Below are positions 36,356 through 44,672 of a stretch of DNA of 64,000 bases, in pieces. The position numbers and the translations under genes were made by a program. This stretch comes from Escherichia phage JEP8. Location of the stretch: sequence record MT764208.1; one strand, given 5' to 3'. The notes beneath the pieces are model-generated. The model ran no database searches. It had not been told where the DNA came from and was given only the letters and a program-made list of their open reading frames with translations. Positions within the stretch are counted from its first letter, which is position 1, and every line of letters begins with the position of its first letter.

Positions 36356-36616
36356 CTACTTTTTCAAGATTTTTTTGATCACATTCCAAAGACCTTTATT
36401 CTCAGGTTGTTTTGGTTCTTCGATCAGTGTCCATGTTCGACCGTCTAAGTGTGCACAATTTTTAAGACAAATAAAAATCTGGTGTCCCTTATCATCACGG
36501 ATATAACCACTATTCGCAAATCTTTCATGTGGTGTATATTCATACAGTGTATTTGGTGTAATATACTTGCGGTTACTATAAGGTGTCATCACATACATCA
36601 TGGTACTAACTCCCAT
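36356..36616 (-). CDS. Hypothetical protein, DGxCSHL small-paralog family
   Basis: GYIRDDKGHQIFICLKNCAHLDGRTWTL. Confidence 0.5.
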   Translation of the reverse strand: MGVSTMMYVMTPYSNRKYITPNTLYEYTPHERFANSGYIRDDKGHQIFICLKNCAHLDGRTWTLIEEPKQPENKGLWNVIKKILKK

Positions 36617-36792
36617 TTATCACCGCGAAGATGAGAACATCCACCATCAAGAAGGATCGTAATACGAAACCCCGCATCATCTTCAATATACCCGATAGTC
36701 GGTGGATGTTCGTCGTCTCGTGCCGGGGTAAAATCATACATCTTCCCCGGTGTGATATCATTGCCTTTATTGCTATTGGTATAAACTTGCAT
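36598..36792 (-). CDS. Hypothetical protein, DGxCSHL small-paralog family
   Basis: GYIEDDAGFRITILLDGGCSHLRGDKWEL. Confidence 0.5.
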   Translation of the reverse strand: MQVYTNSNKGNDITPGKMYDFTPARDDEHPPTIGYIEDDAGFRITILLDGGCSHLRGDKWELVP

Positions 36793-36813
36793 TTTCTTAA
36801 TCTCCTATATTAA

Positions 36814-37512
36814 CTAACCACGGGTATAGTGTTCCAGAACAACTGTCAGATGAATATATTCTAATAGATCTTTCCAAAAGTCAACATCTGGTTCTTCCGG
36901 CATACCGTTTTTCTTTGCCTCTTCACGAGCGAGTTTAACACGCTCGTAGAGATCTTTCAATTCTTCCCGCACATTATCAAAGGTTCTTTCTCCTAACTTA
37001 CACGCTAAAATCGAAGAACGTCTCGCGAGCGGGAATTGTATATCACCTGTCTGATAGATTTCAAGTAGCTGATAACCAACACGCAGAGCATGAGAAAGAT
37101 CTTTCCAGTTACTGAAATACTTTTCAGATTTGGCTACCTGTTTCTTGAGATAACCAGACAAACCCCACATACCAACATGATAGAATTTATCGCGATGTGT
37201 TCGGATGTATTCCCATTCTCTGGAGGATTCAACCAACATGTTACTAGGCGCGTGCACCATGTCAATAGCACCGATATCGCCTTTACATGCCAGATTGATA
37301 AACCGTTTTAGACTGAACATATTAACGTCAATATCGTCTTTGGTGTTCTTGATACCTTGACCGCTAGTGCTTTGGTCATAGTGTTCTTTCATCGATCCTA
37401 AGATAATTTCTTTCGCAGTCGGAACAAAGATACCACGATAATCTTTATCGGAATTTTCAGTATCAAGGCCGTATAAGTGAGACCCGAAGACCATTTTAAC
37501 CATTGTATGCAT
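36814..37512 (-). CDS. Nucleotidyltransferase-fold protein (Pol-beta superfamily)
   Basis: N-terminal FGSHLYGLDTENSDKDYRGIFV (GS...D.D signature of Pol-beta-type NTases) with a helical C-terminal region; ATG with GAGGGT RBS. Confidence 0.6.
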   Translation of the reverse strand: MHTMVKMVFGSHLYGLDTENSDKDYRGIFVPTAKEIILGSMKEHYDQSTSGQGIKNTKDDIDVNMFSLKRFINLACKGDIGAIDMVHAPSNMLVESSREWEYIRTHRDKFYHVGMWGLSGYLKKQVAKSEKYFSNWKDLSHALRVGYQLLEIYQTGDIQFPLARRSSILACKLGERTFDNVREELKDLYERVKLAREEAKKNGMPEEPDVDFWKDLLEYIHLTVVLEHYTRG

Positions 37513-37598
37513 AATTAAACCCTCAGTTGATTAAGAGATTGCATCATACCATCATAAAAATAAAAAGCCAACCCTTTTCGGATTGGCTTGATGAAAAA

Positions 37599-38015
37599 TT
37601 AGAGAGATTCGGTAAAGGTACGAGCGATAACATCACGTTGCTGGTCTGGAGTCAGACTATTGAAGCGCACTGCGTAACCAGAAACGCGAATTGTAAGCTG
37701 CGGGTACTTCTCAGGATGTTCAACAGCGTCCAGCAACATTTCTCGTAACAATACATTAACATTCAAATGCTGACCACCTTCGACAACCGGAGCACCATTA
37801 TCTACAATGACAGGACGGAAGCTAGTTGTGTGCAGTGCCAGCGAATCGACGTCTTCTGCGGTGATCACATGGTCTTCTGCGAAAGTTTTACTAACAATTA
37901 CTTTAGCACCGATCAGTGCTTTCGGTTCGGATACCAGAATCATAGGCGCGAAGTGTCCACCAATAATAGTACCTTTATGCTCACCTTTCATGATTTGAAT
38001 TGCTTTAAATTCCAT
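37599..38015 (-). CDS. Autonomous glycyl radical cofactor (GrcA/YfiD-like)
   Basis: C-terminal [61 protein letters not shown] nearly matches E. coli YfiD, including the RVSGY glycyl-radical motif. Confidence 0.85.
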   Translation of the reverse strand: MEFKAIQIMKGEHKGTIIGGHFAPMILVSEPKALIGAKVIVSKTFAEDHVITAEDVDSLALHTTSFRPVIVDNGAPVVEGGQHLNVNVLLREMLLDAVEHPEKYPQLTIRVSGYAVRFNSLTPDQQRDVIARTFTESL

Positions 38016-38150
38016 AATTCACCTCTTATAGATCAGGACGTTCGTCATTAACTTTTCCAACCAAAACACCATAGAGTTTATCAGGTTGGACTTTACGATT
38101 CTTTTTAATTGTAGCACGAAATCGACGAGCTACGCTATCTTTATTTTTCA

Positions 38151-38636
38151 TTAGTTGATACCTAAGCCAATGAAAATAGGTTGGTCTTCTACATTACCCA
38201 TCCCAACACTAAGTCGATTCACTTCTAAAAACTGCAATACGCTGTCAGTAAATCCGCGCATGGTAGTATCTAGGATAAAAATTGTTTTGTCAAGACTACG
38301 ACCTCGCCATGTGATCGGATTCAGGAAAGTTCGGATCGACGTACAATCTACATTTGAAATATTTACATTTTCACCGCGACCGCGATCTCGGATCGTTTTG
38401 GCATGTTCCCGCGTCGTTGAAACGATAAAGACACTATAGCCTTTTCTAGTATAATGGTCATATAACTTGATTGTAGCGTCTGTATGCCCTGTCTGACGTC
38501 CTAAATTGATTGAGACGATGGAATCTAGGTCATCAGCAAAATTGCGTCGCTTACGACGTTCTATGATGCCATTTACGGCAGATACACACGCAGCATAAAT
38601 CAAATCTTTACTTTCTAATTTTACATCAATATTCAT
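38151..38636 (-). CDS. Hypothetical protein
   Basis: 161-aa ORF. Confidence 0.5.
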   Translation of the reverse strand: MNIDVKLESKDLIYAACVSAVNGIIERRKRRNFADDLDSIVSINLGRQTGHTDATIKLYDHYTRKGYSVFIVSTTREHAKTIRDRGRGENVNISNVDCTSIRTFLNPITWRGRSLDKTIFILDTTMRGFTDSVLQFLEVNRLSVGMGNVEDQPIFIGLGIN

Positions 38637-38698
38637 GGTAAAGTCTCCAGTGAACGGGGAGAGATCCTTAGATTGTCTCCCCGTTGATGGTTAATATT

Positions 38699-39088
38699 TT
38701 ATTTTGGATCTGGGTATTTGCTGTGTGGTAATTGTAGATGAGGACCATCTTTAAAACTAGTCCAATCCCCACCCCATTCAACAGGAACACCCAATTCTCG
38801 ACCAGCTTGTTTAAATGCATCAGCGATCATGCGGTAATATTTCATGTTCCATGTATCTTTATCTTTCGGATACGCTACAACGTCAACCGCGAAACCGTGA
38901 AGATGACGAGATTTCATAGTCTTAGATTTACCTTCCGCAACATATTTCTTTTGCGTTTCTAGACTACGCACACCTTCCGTAATACCAAAATCGACCGGAG
39001 TCAGTTCTAATGCACGATGAACGACTTTTACCAGGTCTGGATGTACACCAACAAGCCGATCTTTGCTTCTTTGAGATAATCTAAACAT
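38699..39088 (-). CDS. Peptidase M15-type endolysin (probable L-alanyl-D-glutamate endopeptidase)
   Basis: Zn-binding pattern SRHLHGFAVDV ... DGPH typical of M15 cell-wall peptidases; occupies the locus where T4 has lysozyme e; GGGGGTGA RBS. Confidence 0.7.
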   Translation of the reverse strand: MFRLSQRSKDRLVGVHPDLVKVVHRALELTPVDFGITEGVRSLETQKKYVAEGKSKTMKSRHLHGFAVDVVAYPKDKDTWNMKYYRMIADAFKQAGRELGVPVEWGGDWTSFKDGPHLQLPHSKYPDPK

Positions 39089-39116
39089 TATTCACCCCCT
39101 TTGTGAGTGATAATAT

Positions 39117-39308
39117 TTAGATTCCTGCAATCCTGCATAGAGTTCTTGTATTAGCACCAATCAGGATAGCATTGACTACAACCATTCCCCAATCAACCCA
39201 CGGATTATTATAAATGCTAAATCCGTTTGTTATGCCAAATACAAGCATTCCGGTACACATACTCAGAGCAATAATCAACATCACGGTAAAACCAAATGCA
39301 AATTTCAT
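39117..39308 (-). CDS. Small hydrophobic membrane protein (holin/lysis-accessory candidate)
   Basis: 63 aa, two predicted TM segments; immediately upstream of the endolysin. Confidence 0.5.
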   Translation of the reverse strand: MKFAFGFTVMLIIALSMCTGMLVFGITNGFSIYNNPWVDWGMVVVNAILIGANTRTLCRIAGI

Positions 39309-39309
39309 A

Positions 39310-39527
39310 TTATTTTCCTTTTCTCTGTTTACGTTTATAAAAGTAATACATTACCTCATCGCGTCCGGTGATCCAACATGCTAGGGCAGTAAACAGGTTT
39401 ACAATTCCCAACACACCTACTGACGCGGCGCTGTCAACAGACATAGGAACAGTAAAGGCCATAGCTAACATAGCAATGCCACAAATGACATTAAGCACCA
39501 TTATAATAAGACCGAAGAAAACCATTG
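39310..39527 (-). CDS. Small hydrophobic membrane protein
   Basis: Start set to the ATG with GGAGGA RBS (MVFFGLIIMVLNV...). Confidence 0.5.
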
Positions 39528-39529
39528 TC

Positions 39530-39707
39530 AATCCTCCCAAATAAGAAAACCAACAATCACGCCAGTGATAAGACATGATGCGCCGCTAATAAGACAACCA
39601 GCACCAAGTGATTCCCACCAGATCAGAGAAGCGACAATAACGCAAATTCCCCAGACTACCGCAATCACAACATAGGCAAGGGTCGCCCAAAACATATATT
39701 TGTTCAT
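39530..39707 (-). CDS. Small hydrophobic membrane protein (59 aa, below ORF-track cutoff)
   Basis: Manual translation MNKYMFWATLAYVVIAVVWGICVIVASLIWWESLGAGCLISGASCLITGVIVGFLIWED. Confidence 0.4.
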
Positions 39708-39892
39708 AATAAACCCAACTCACCAAACAAATAAGAAAAAAGCCATATCAACAGAAACGAGGCAATTGATCCGACAAGCAAAATGATATTAGAGAATCCA
39801 CCGTCTACCCAGGCAACAAAACAGAATACGCTAGTATAGAAGCATAAACCCATTACAAAGCATACTATAAGCAACCATAGATAAAACGTCAT
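39704..39892 (-). CDS. Small hydrophobic membrane protein
   Basis: 62 aa, hydrophobic. Confidence 0.5.
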   Translation of the reverse strand: MTFYLWLLIVCFVMGLCFYTSVFCFVAWVDGGFSNIILLVGSIASFLLIWLFSYLFGELGLL

Positions 39893-40114
39893 AGAAAGTC
39901 CTCCAGCGAGATAAATTAGTGCGGGTAGTGGAATGTACTACCCGCTTTGTTAATCAACGCAGAGCTTCTTCTAGCGCGATCCCAAACCATCCACAAACAA
40001 CGCCCATACAGACAGCTACAAGAAGATTCATTCTCTCTTTAGGGATCATTGCAATCATAACAACAACCATACAGAAAGCCATTACCATTGATGTTAACAT
40101 TTGTTCAACCATTA

Positions 40115-40453
40115 TCACACCTTTAAAGTCATAGACGCATAAACATTAATGCCAGGCCAGTTAGGATCGCAATTATACTCAACATCCCACAAATAAAGCG
40201 GTTTAGATGTATCAGCCAAGTTTTTAAAATCTTCTACCCACATTTCAAGGCTATATGATGGATAAACTAGGCTATCATATCCGCCGTAACGTTGGCCTAC
40301 TGGTCGGTCAGTAAAAACTACCTCAAGATCCGGTAATTCTTTTTCAAGGATAACCGCCAGCGCATAAATCAGACGGTCTTCCTTGTTACGCTGCCGAAGG
40401 ACCGTTGTCAGTTGGTTTTTCTGGTTCACTAGCAAGCACCTCCACATTTTCAC
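40115..40453 (-). CDS. Hypothetical protein (start uncertain)
   Basis: 112-aa ORF overlapping the upstream ORF by ~68 nt. Confidence 0.4.
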   Translation of the reverse strand: MKMWRCLLVNQKNQLTTVLRQRNKEDRLIYALAVILEKELPDLEVVFTDRPVGQRYGGYDSLVYPSYSLEMWVEDFKNLADTSKPLYLWDVEYNCDPNWPGINVYASMTLKV

Positions 40454-40706
40454 AGAATGAAATTTTCACAGACACAATTTTACCATAAGTGAAGAATGAA
40501 TATACATTATCGATATATTCAACGTCACCTACAATCACATCAAACTGCGGATCAGCAACCGCCGCAACATATTCTACCAGTTCATCAAGAGAATGCAACT
40601 TAATTTCATCAATTCGGCTGTATTTGGTTGCATCTTTGATTTTAAAACCACGTTCTTTCAGCTTATCAATTAGAATTTCACGCGGAGTTTCAAACAGTTT
40701 GCTCAT
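40386..40706 (-). CDS. Hypothetical protein
   Basis: 106-aa ORF. Confidence 0.5.
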   Translation of the reverse strand: MSKLFETPREILIDKLKERGFKIKDATKYSRIDEIKLHSLDELVEYVAAVADPQFDVIVGDVEYIDNVYSFFTYGKIVSVKISFCENVEVLASEPEKPTDNGPSAA

Positions 40707-40727
40707 AATATAATCCTCACATTAAAT

Positions 40728-40928
40728 CTAAAATTTGTTAACGACGAATTGCATAATTAGACTAATCATAAACATTGCAAACCAAGTATAAATGCAACAG
40801 ATAAAAGCTACATACAATTCAATCTGGTCAGAGAATACACCGGGTAAAAGCATTAGCAAAATAACAACAGTAAAGACGCTAGCGATACCCGCAACAAAAC
40901 CAATATCATTTTTACTAATCGTCATCAA
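40728..40928 (-). CDS. Small hydrophobic membrane protein
   Basis: 66 aa. Confidence 0.45.
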   Translation of the reverse strand: MMTISKNDIGFVAGIASVFTVVILLMLLPGVFSDQIELYVAFICCIYTWFAMFMISLIMQFVVNKF

Positions 40929-41122
40929 GTCACCGTTTTGTAAAGAAACACAATAAAATCCAAGACAAGAAAGACAGTGTAAATGATCATCGTCAAGACA
41001 GTAAACACTGTCAAATTTTCATCGTTAGTTAATTCATAGTCGCCCATCCATACAATAACAAGATATAGCATTGAAAGAATGGAAGCACCTACTAAGTTAA
41101 AAAACATATTCTTTAGCGTCAT
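40925..41122 (-). CDS. Small hydrophobic membrane protein
   Basis: 65 aa. Confidence 0.45.
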   Translation of the reverse strand: MTLKNMFFNLVGASILSMLYLVIVWMGDYELTNDENLTVFTVLTMIIYTVFLVLDFIVFLYKTVT

Positions 41123-41123
41123 G

Positions 41124-41306
41124 TTAACAATCCTCGCGGCTTAAGTCAACAGCAATTGCATACAGAATAATGAATATACTAGCAGATCCGAGAATCAATG
41201 CACCGTCACATTTTGAAACTCGCTCATCAAAATGCAACATTATCCATCCGAGGATGTTAAAGGCGCACACCGCGCCTATGTTATCTAACCAATTAATCTT
41301 TTTCAT
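41124..41306 (-). CDS. Small hydrophobic membrane protein
   Basis: 60 aa. Confidence 0.45.
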   Translation of the reverse strand: MKKINWLDNIGAVCAFNILGWIMLHFDERVSKCDGALILGSASIFIILYAIAVDLSREDC

Positions 41307-41314
41307 AATATACC

Positions 41315-41641
41315 TTAGAAAGAAACAGTTTTCAAGAAATCCAGATTTTCAGTACCGAATACAGAAAAGTAGTGTTTTCCTTTTTCGGTTTTAGAGAAAG
41401 CGATTGTCTTCTCTACATGGTGACGGAAGCCAGACAGACGATCACCCAGGTCAAGGCGGCAAGCGTAAGTAGTGCCGTTTTCGAAAGTAACCTCGATTTG
41501 AGTTTTGTCGTATTCGCTTTCATAGGCTTTTGCTGCCGCTTCCAGTGCTTTACGCTCGAAGTCTTCGAAGTGGAATACTTCGTTTGCGTTAGCGAATACA
41601 GAAGATTCAGAGAAGATAACTTTAACAGATACTGGTTTCAT
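41315..41641 (-). CDS. Hypothetical protein
   Basis: 108-aa ORF downstream of a promoter cassette. Confidence 0.55.
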   Translation of the reverse strand: MKPVSVKVIFSESSVFANANEVFHFEDFERKALEAAAKAYESEYDKTQIEVTFENGTTYACRLDLGDRLSGFRHHVEKTIAFSKTEKGKHYFSVFGTENLDFLKTVSF

Positions 41642-41682
41642 TTGATACTCCTTAGTAGTTCGTGTTTCGTTTCGATGGGTGT

Positions 41683-41711
41683 ATTATGCTATACACCCTC
41701 TCGTGTGTCAA
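41683..41711 (-). promoter_or_regulatory. sigma70-type early promoter (TTGACA-N17-CATAAT)
   Basis: Minus strand TTGACA (41711..41706) and CATAAT (41688..41683), then the ACACCCAUCGAAACGAAACAC leader. Confidence 0.6.
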
Positions 41712-41719
41712 CAACTTTT

Positions 41720-41908
41720 TTAGTCTTTTTTCATAATTTCTAGAGCAGTTTCTACAGCACCTTTCCAACCCTCCCACATAATGGACATAGTAATGAAGTT
41801 AAAGCACCCGCAGGAATCAGCCTTTTTAGAAATAAACCATTCTGCAAACTCTTCGCTCATACCATGCTCTTTAGCGGATTCGCGTAATTGTTCAATTTGG
41901 TCTTCCAT
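41720..41908 (-). CDS. Hypothetical protein
   Basis: 62-aa ORF. Confidence 0.45.
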   Translation of the reverse strand: MEDQIEQLRESAKEHGMSEEFAEWFISKKADSCGCFNFITMSIMWEGWKGAVETALEIMKKD

Positions 41909-41917
41909 AGTATCACC

Positions 41918-42118
41918 TCAACACTTAACGTTATTCAAACGATTTTGAAAGTACATATAGCAAGCATAATTTTGTTTTGGCTGTACCGTATCAGATAAGC
42001 ACGCTTTTACAGCCTCGCGGTCCGATGGGTCTACGCCCTCAGCGTTAAGCAATGCTAAGATCTGATAATAGCGTACTCTCAGTTGCGTTAATGGTTTCTC
42101 TCCCATAAAACCCTCCAA
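41918..42118 (-). CDS. Hypothetical protein
   Basis: 66-aa ORF. Confidence 0.45.
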   Translation of the reverse strand: MEGFMGEKPLTQLRVRYYQILALLNAEGVDPSDREAVKACLSDTVQPKQNYACYMYFQNRLNNVKC

Positions 42119-42346
42119 TTAAAGTTGTTCTGCAATGTATGCGGTGCATTTACGGAGTTTAGCCATCGCACCACCTTTCATGTCGCTTGCACCTACAAGG
42201 TTCATAATCTCTAAGCGGTCAGCCGGATTCAGTCTAGTAGCCCAGATCTGGTTAGCCAGTTCCATTTTACCCATCTGCGGTTCCATCTCTAACAGTTCGC
42301 GCTCAAATTCGATAATTTCTTTTGCTGCGTCTTTAAAGTTAATCAT
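42119..42346 (-). CDS. Hypothetical protein
   Basis: 75-aa ORF. Confidence 0.5.
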   Translation of the reverse strand: MINFKDAAKEIIEFERELLEMEPQMGKMELANQIWATRLNPADRLEIMNLVGASDMKGGAMAKLRKCTAYIAEQL

Positions 42347-42412
42347 TTTGGTCCTCCCGTTTCGTTGATGGTTATATTGTAGGGGAGTTATCCTCCCCTG
42401 TCAACACTTTTA

Positions 42413-42598
42413 TCAGAAATATGCAATATAGTTTGCCAGTCCTACAGAGTCATCATTCGGCATTGCTTTTACTGCCAGTTCAAACCCTGCTTCAACTTTC
42501 TGTTTAGCGGATTCTTCGTTATAACCCCAGATTACCAGAATAGCTACTACGTTTTCTTTGCTTACTGCTTTAAGTGCTTTAGTGATGCGACGTGCCAT
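42413..42598 (-). CDS. Hypothetical protein
   Basis: 61-aa ORF downstream of a promoter cassette. Confidence 0.5.
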   Translation of the reverse strand: MARRITKALKAVSKENVVAILVIWGYNEESAKQKVEAGFELAVKAMPNDDSVGLANYIAYF

Positions 42599-42644
42599 AA
42601 TTTGATTCTCCGTTTAAGAAAGTGTGTTTCGTTTCGATGGGTGT

Positions 42645-42673
42645 ATTATGCTATAGGCCGGATCTGGTGTCAA
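42645..42673 (-). promoter_or_regulatory. sigma70-type early promoter (TTGACA-N17-CATAAT)
   Basis: Minus strand TTGACA (42673..42668) and CATAAT (42650..42645), then the CAUCGAAACGAAACAC leader. Confidence 0.6.
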
Positions 42674-42700
42674 CAACTTTTTTAAAAAAATTTTAGGCAA

Positions 42701-42725
42701 TAAAAAAGCCACTCCGAAGAGTGGC
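42701..42725 (-). terminator. Rho-independent terminator
   Basis: Minus strand GCCACUC-UUCG-GAGUGGC followed by UUUUUUAUU. Confidence 0.65.
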
Positions 42726-42876
42726 TTATAGGGAAGGTAGCGAATCTTCCTTGTCTCCAACCTGCTAGCGGACTAGCAAGTGAATGCTTTAGCGTACCGG
42801 ATCGCCCACATACGCTGTAATAAATGCGGCTAGGTGACGTCCAAATCATTCTAACCGCGCTGTCTTTAGTTCACTA

Positions 42877-43095
42877 TTATTTATATCGCTTTCTCTCGCG
42901 ACGTTTTTGATCTTCTTCCTTGATAGAGTTAAATGCATCAAAAAGACACATGACACTGATAATGAACATAACCGTATTTTCTACGATATCCCACGGCTTC
43001 GCATCAGTACAGATCCCCCAAACGGTAAGAAATGCAAATAAGGCAGAAGAGATCACAAGCATGATACTTGCTAAGATATAAAAAGTCATTTTCAT
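42877..43095 (-). CDS. Small membrane protein
   Basis: 72 aa, hydrophobic N-terminus, basic C-terminal tail. Confidence 0.5.
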   Translation of the reverse strand: MKMTFYILASIMLVISSALFAFLTVWGICTDAKPWDIVENTVMFIISVMCLFDAFNSIKEEDQKRRERKRYK

Positions 43096-43286
43096 GGTTT
43101 TACCTCAATTCTTCGATATTCATCACACATCCACGCAGTAAGCAAGAATCCCAACACATAAGCAACAAAATACGTTAATGCTTCTTCTGGTTCGGTGCTA
43201 TGCGCCATCATCAGACCAGCGAGAAAGGTCTTAACAATTACATTTAAAATAATTAGCCACGCAAATAATTTCATCGTTTGCCCCAT
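43092..43286 (-). CDS. Small membrane protein
   Basis: 64 aa. Confidence 0.45.
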   Translation of the reverse strand: MGQTMKLFAWLIILNVIVKTFLAGLMMAHSTEPEEALTYFVAYVLGFLLTAWMCDEYRRIEVKP

Positions 43287-43510
43287 TTCGGACGAGTCTG
43301 TTCAAACTTATACATTACGTAACAATCTCGAATCATCCACGTAACAAGAGCACCAGTCAACACAGACAACACACAGAAGAAGTAAAACGGTCCGGTTGCA
43401 TTATCAACATGAGCAAGCCATGTAAAGAAAACACATGCAAGGAATGTAAAGAACATCATAAAGCACAAAAAAGCGAAATATTTTATACTACTCATATCGC
43501 CACCATACAA
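43271..43510 (-). CDS. Small membrane protein
   Basis: 79 aa. Confidence 0.45.
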   Translation of the reverse strand: MYGGDMSSIKYFAFLCFMMFFTFLACVFFTWLAHVDNATGPFYFFCVLSVLTGALVTWMIRDCYVMYKFEQTRPKWGKR

Positions 43511-43598
43511 CAGATCATAAGAAAACCCAACGCAATAAGAATTGCATCAAATTTAGTGAACTCCGGTCCACCTATCAACATCATTCGTTCCTGTTCAG

Positions 43599-43798
43599 TC
43601 ATAGATCACAGATCCATCTAAAAGCACCACATACAGCGATCAGGAGTGTAGGAACACTTGAGAAGAAAACCAACGTACAAAAATCATCTAGTGTAATACC
43701 GGAATAACTACCGACTGCAATCACACCGATGATCAGACACAGAAAGAAAACAAATGCAATCAGAAACAAAGTATTGCTAAACAGTTTAGTGATCATTA
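43599..43798 (-). CDS. Small membrane protein
   Basis: Start set to the ATG with GGGGTG RBS (MITKLFSNTLFL...). Confidence 0.45.
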
Positions 43799-43989
43799 GA
43801 CACCCCACGACGATCAATTTCAAAAACTTTTTTATCATCAACGAAGCATGTCACAACTGCCTCGTTGACTTCCGCAAATTGTTGTGTTACCCACTTAAGG
43901 TCAGATCGAAACAATGTTCTATTAATAACAAATGTTTTACCGCTCTTATCCTTACCCATAAATTTTGCTTTAACCATATCCAATTCCAT
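43786..43989 (-). CDS. Hypothetical protein
   Basis: 67-aa ORF. Confidence 0.45.
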   Translation of the reverse strand: MELDMVKAKFMGKDKSGKTFVINRTLFRSDLKWVTQQFAEVNEAVVTCFVDDKKVFEIDRRGVSNDH

Positions 43990-44000
43990 ATTATCACCTT

Positions 44001-44159
44001 ATTTGCTAATCGCTAAACCTAATCCGAAGAGAGCACCCGAGGCTACAGTATACCCGAAAGTTTCAAAGGCAGTAAAGACATCTAAGCCACCAGCTAACAG
44101 AGTTGCAGTAAACAGAGTACCAGCTACGAACATAAAAGTTTTACCGATAAATTTCATTT
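44001..44159 (-). CDS. Small membrane protein (52 aa, below ORF-track cutoff)
   Basis: Manual translation MKFIGKTFMFVAGTLFTATLLAGGLDVFTAFETFGYTVASGALFGLGLAISK; preceded by the AAGGAGAATCAAAAA leader. Confidence 0.4.
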
Positions 44160-44189
44160 TTTGATTCTCCTTTCGTTTCGTTTCGATGG

Positions 44190-44222
44190 GAGTATCTTAC
44201 TACCCCCGTTTCATGTTGTCAA
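44190..44222 (-). promoter_or_regulatory. sigma70-type early promoter cassette (TTGACA-N17-TAAGAT)
   Basis: Minus strand TTGACA (44222..44217) followed by TAAGAT and the CCCAUCGAAACGAAACGAAAGGAG leader. Confidence 0.5.
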
Positions 44223-44228
44223 CTATTT

Positions 44229-44603
44229 TTAAGAATATTTTACTTCGTCTACAATGTCTTTCATGACATTGATTTCCATTCCGGTCAGAACACGTTGGAA
44301 CATGTGCTGCACATACGCTTTCAGATATTCATTTGATGGCTTGCTATCGAAAGTCTTTTTAGTGTAGTAGTCATCACCGAAAGCTACTGTAATTACATTT
44401 TCGTCGTCGTTCCAAGCGATATAAGCAAATTTGCCGTTATCCCAGAAGCGAGCACTAATTGCTACTTTTGTTGAATCGAATCCTACTTCGCTGTGAGATT
44501 CAAGAACTACTTGCGTGCCAGTTTCTTTATGAATGTAGTAGCGGGATACTAAGTCAAAGTTACGGGTGTAGTGACATTCGAATTTATCTTTAAACATCAT
44601 CAT
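44229..44603 (-). CDS. Hypothetical protein
   Basis: 124-aa ORF. Confidence 0.55.
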   Translation of the reverse strand: MMMFKDKFECHYTRNFDLVSRYYIHKETGTQVVLESHSEVGFDSTKVAISARFWDNGKFAYIAWNDDENVITVAFGDDYYTKKTFDSKPSNEYLKAYVQHMFQRVLTGMEINVMKDIVDEVKYS

Positions 44604-44637
44604 TTTTTGATTCTCCTAAGTGTGTTTCGATGTGTGC

Positions 44638-44666
44638 ATTATGCTATAGTCGTTTATGGTTGTCAA
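44638..44666 (-). promoter_or_regulatory. sigma70-type early promoter (TTGACA-N17-CATAAT)
   Basis: Minus strand TTGACA (44666..44661) and CATAAT (44643..44638). Confidence 0.6.
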
Positions 44667-44672
44667 CACATA

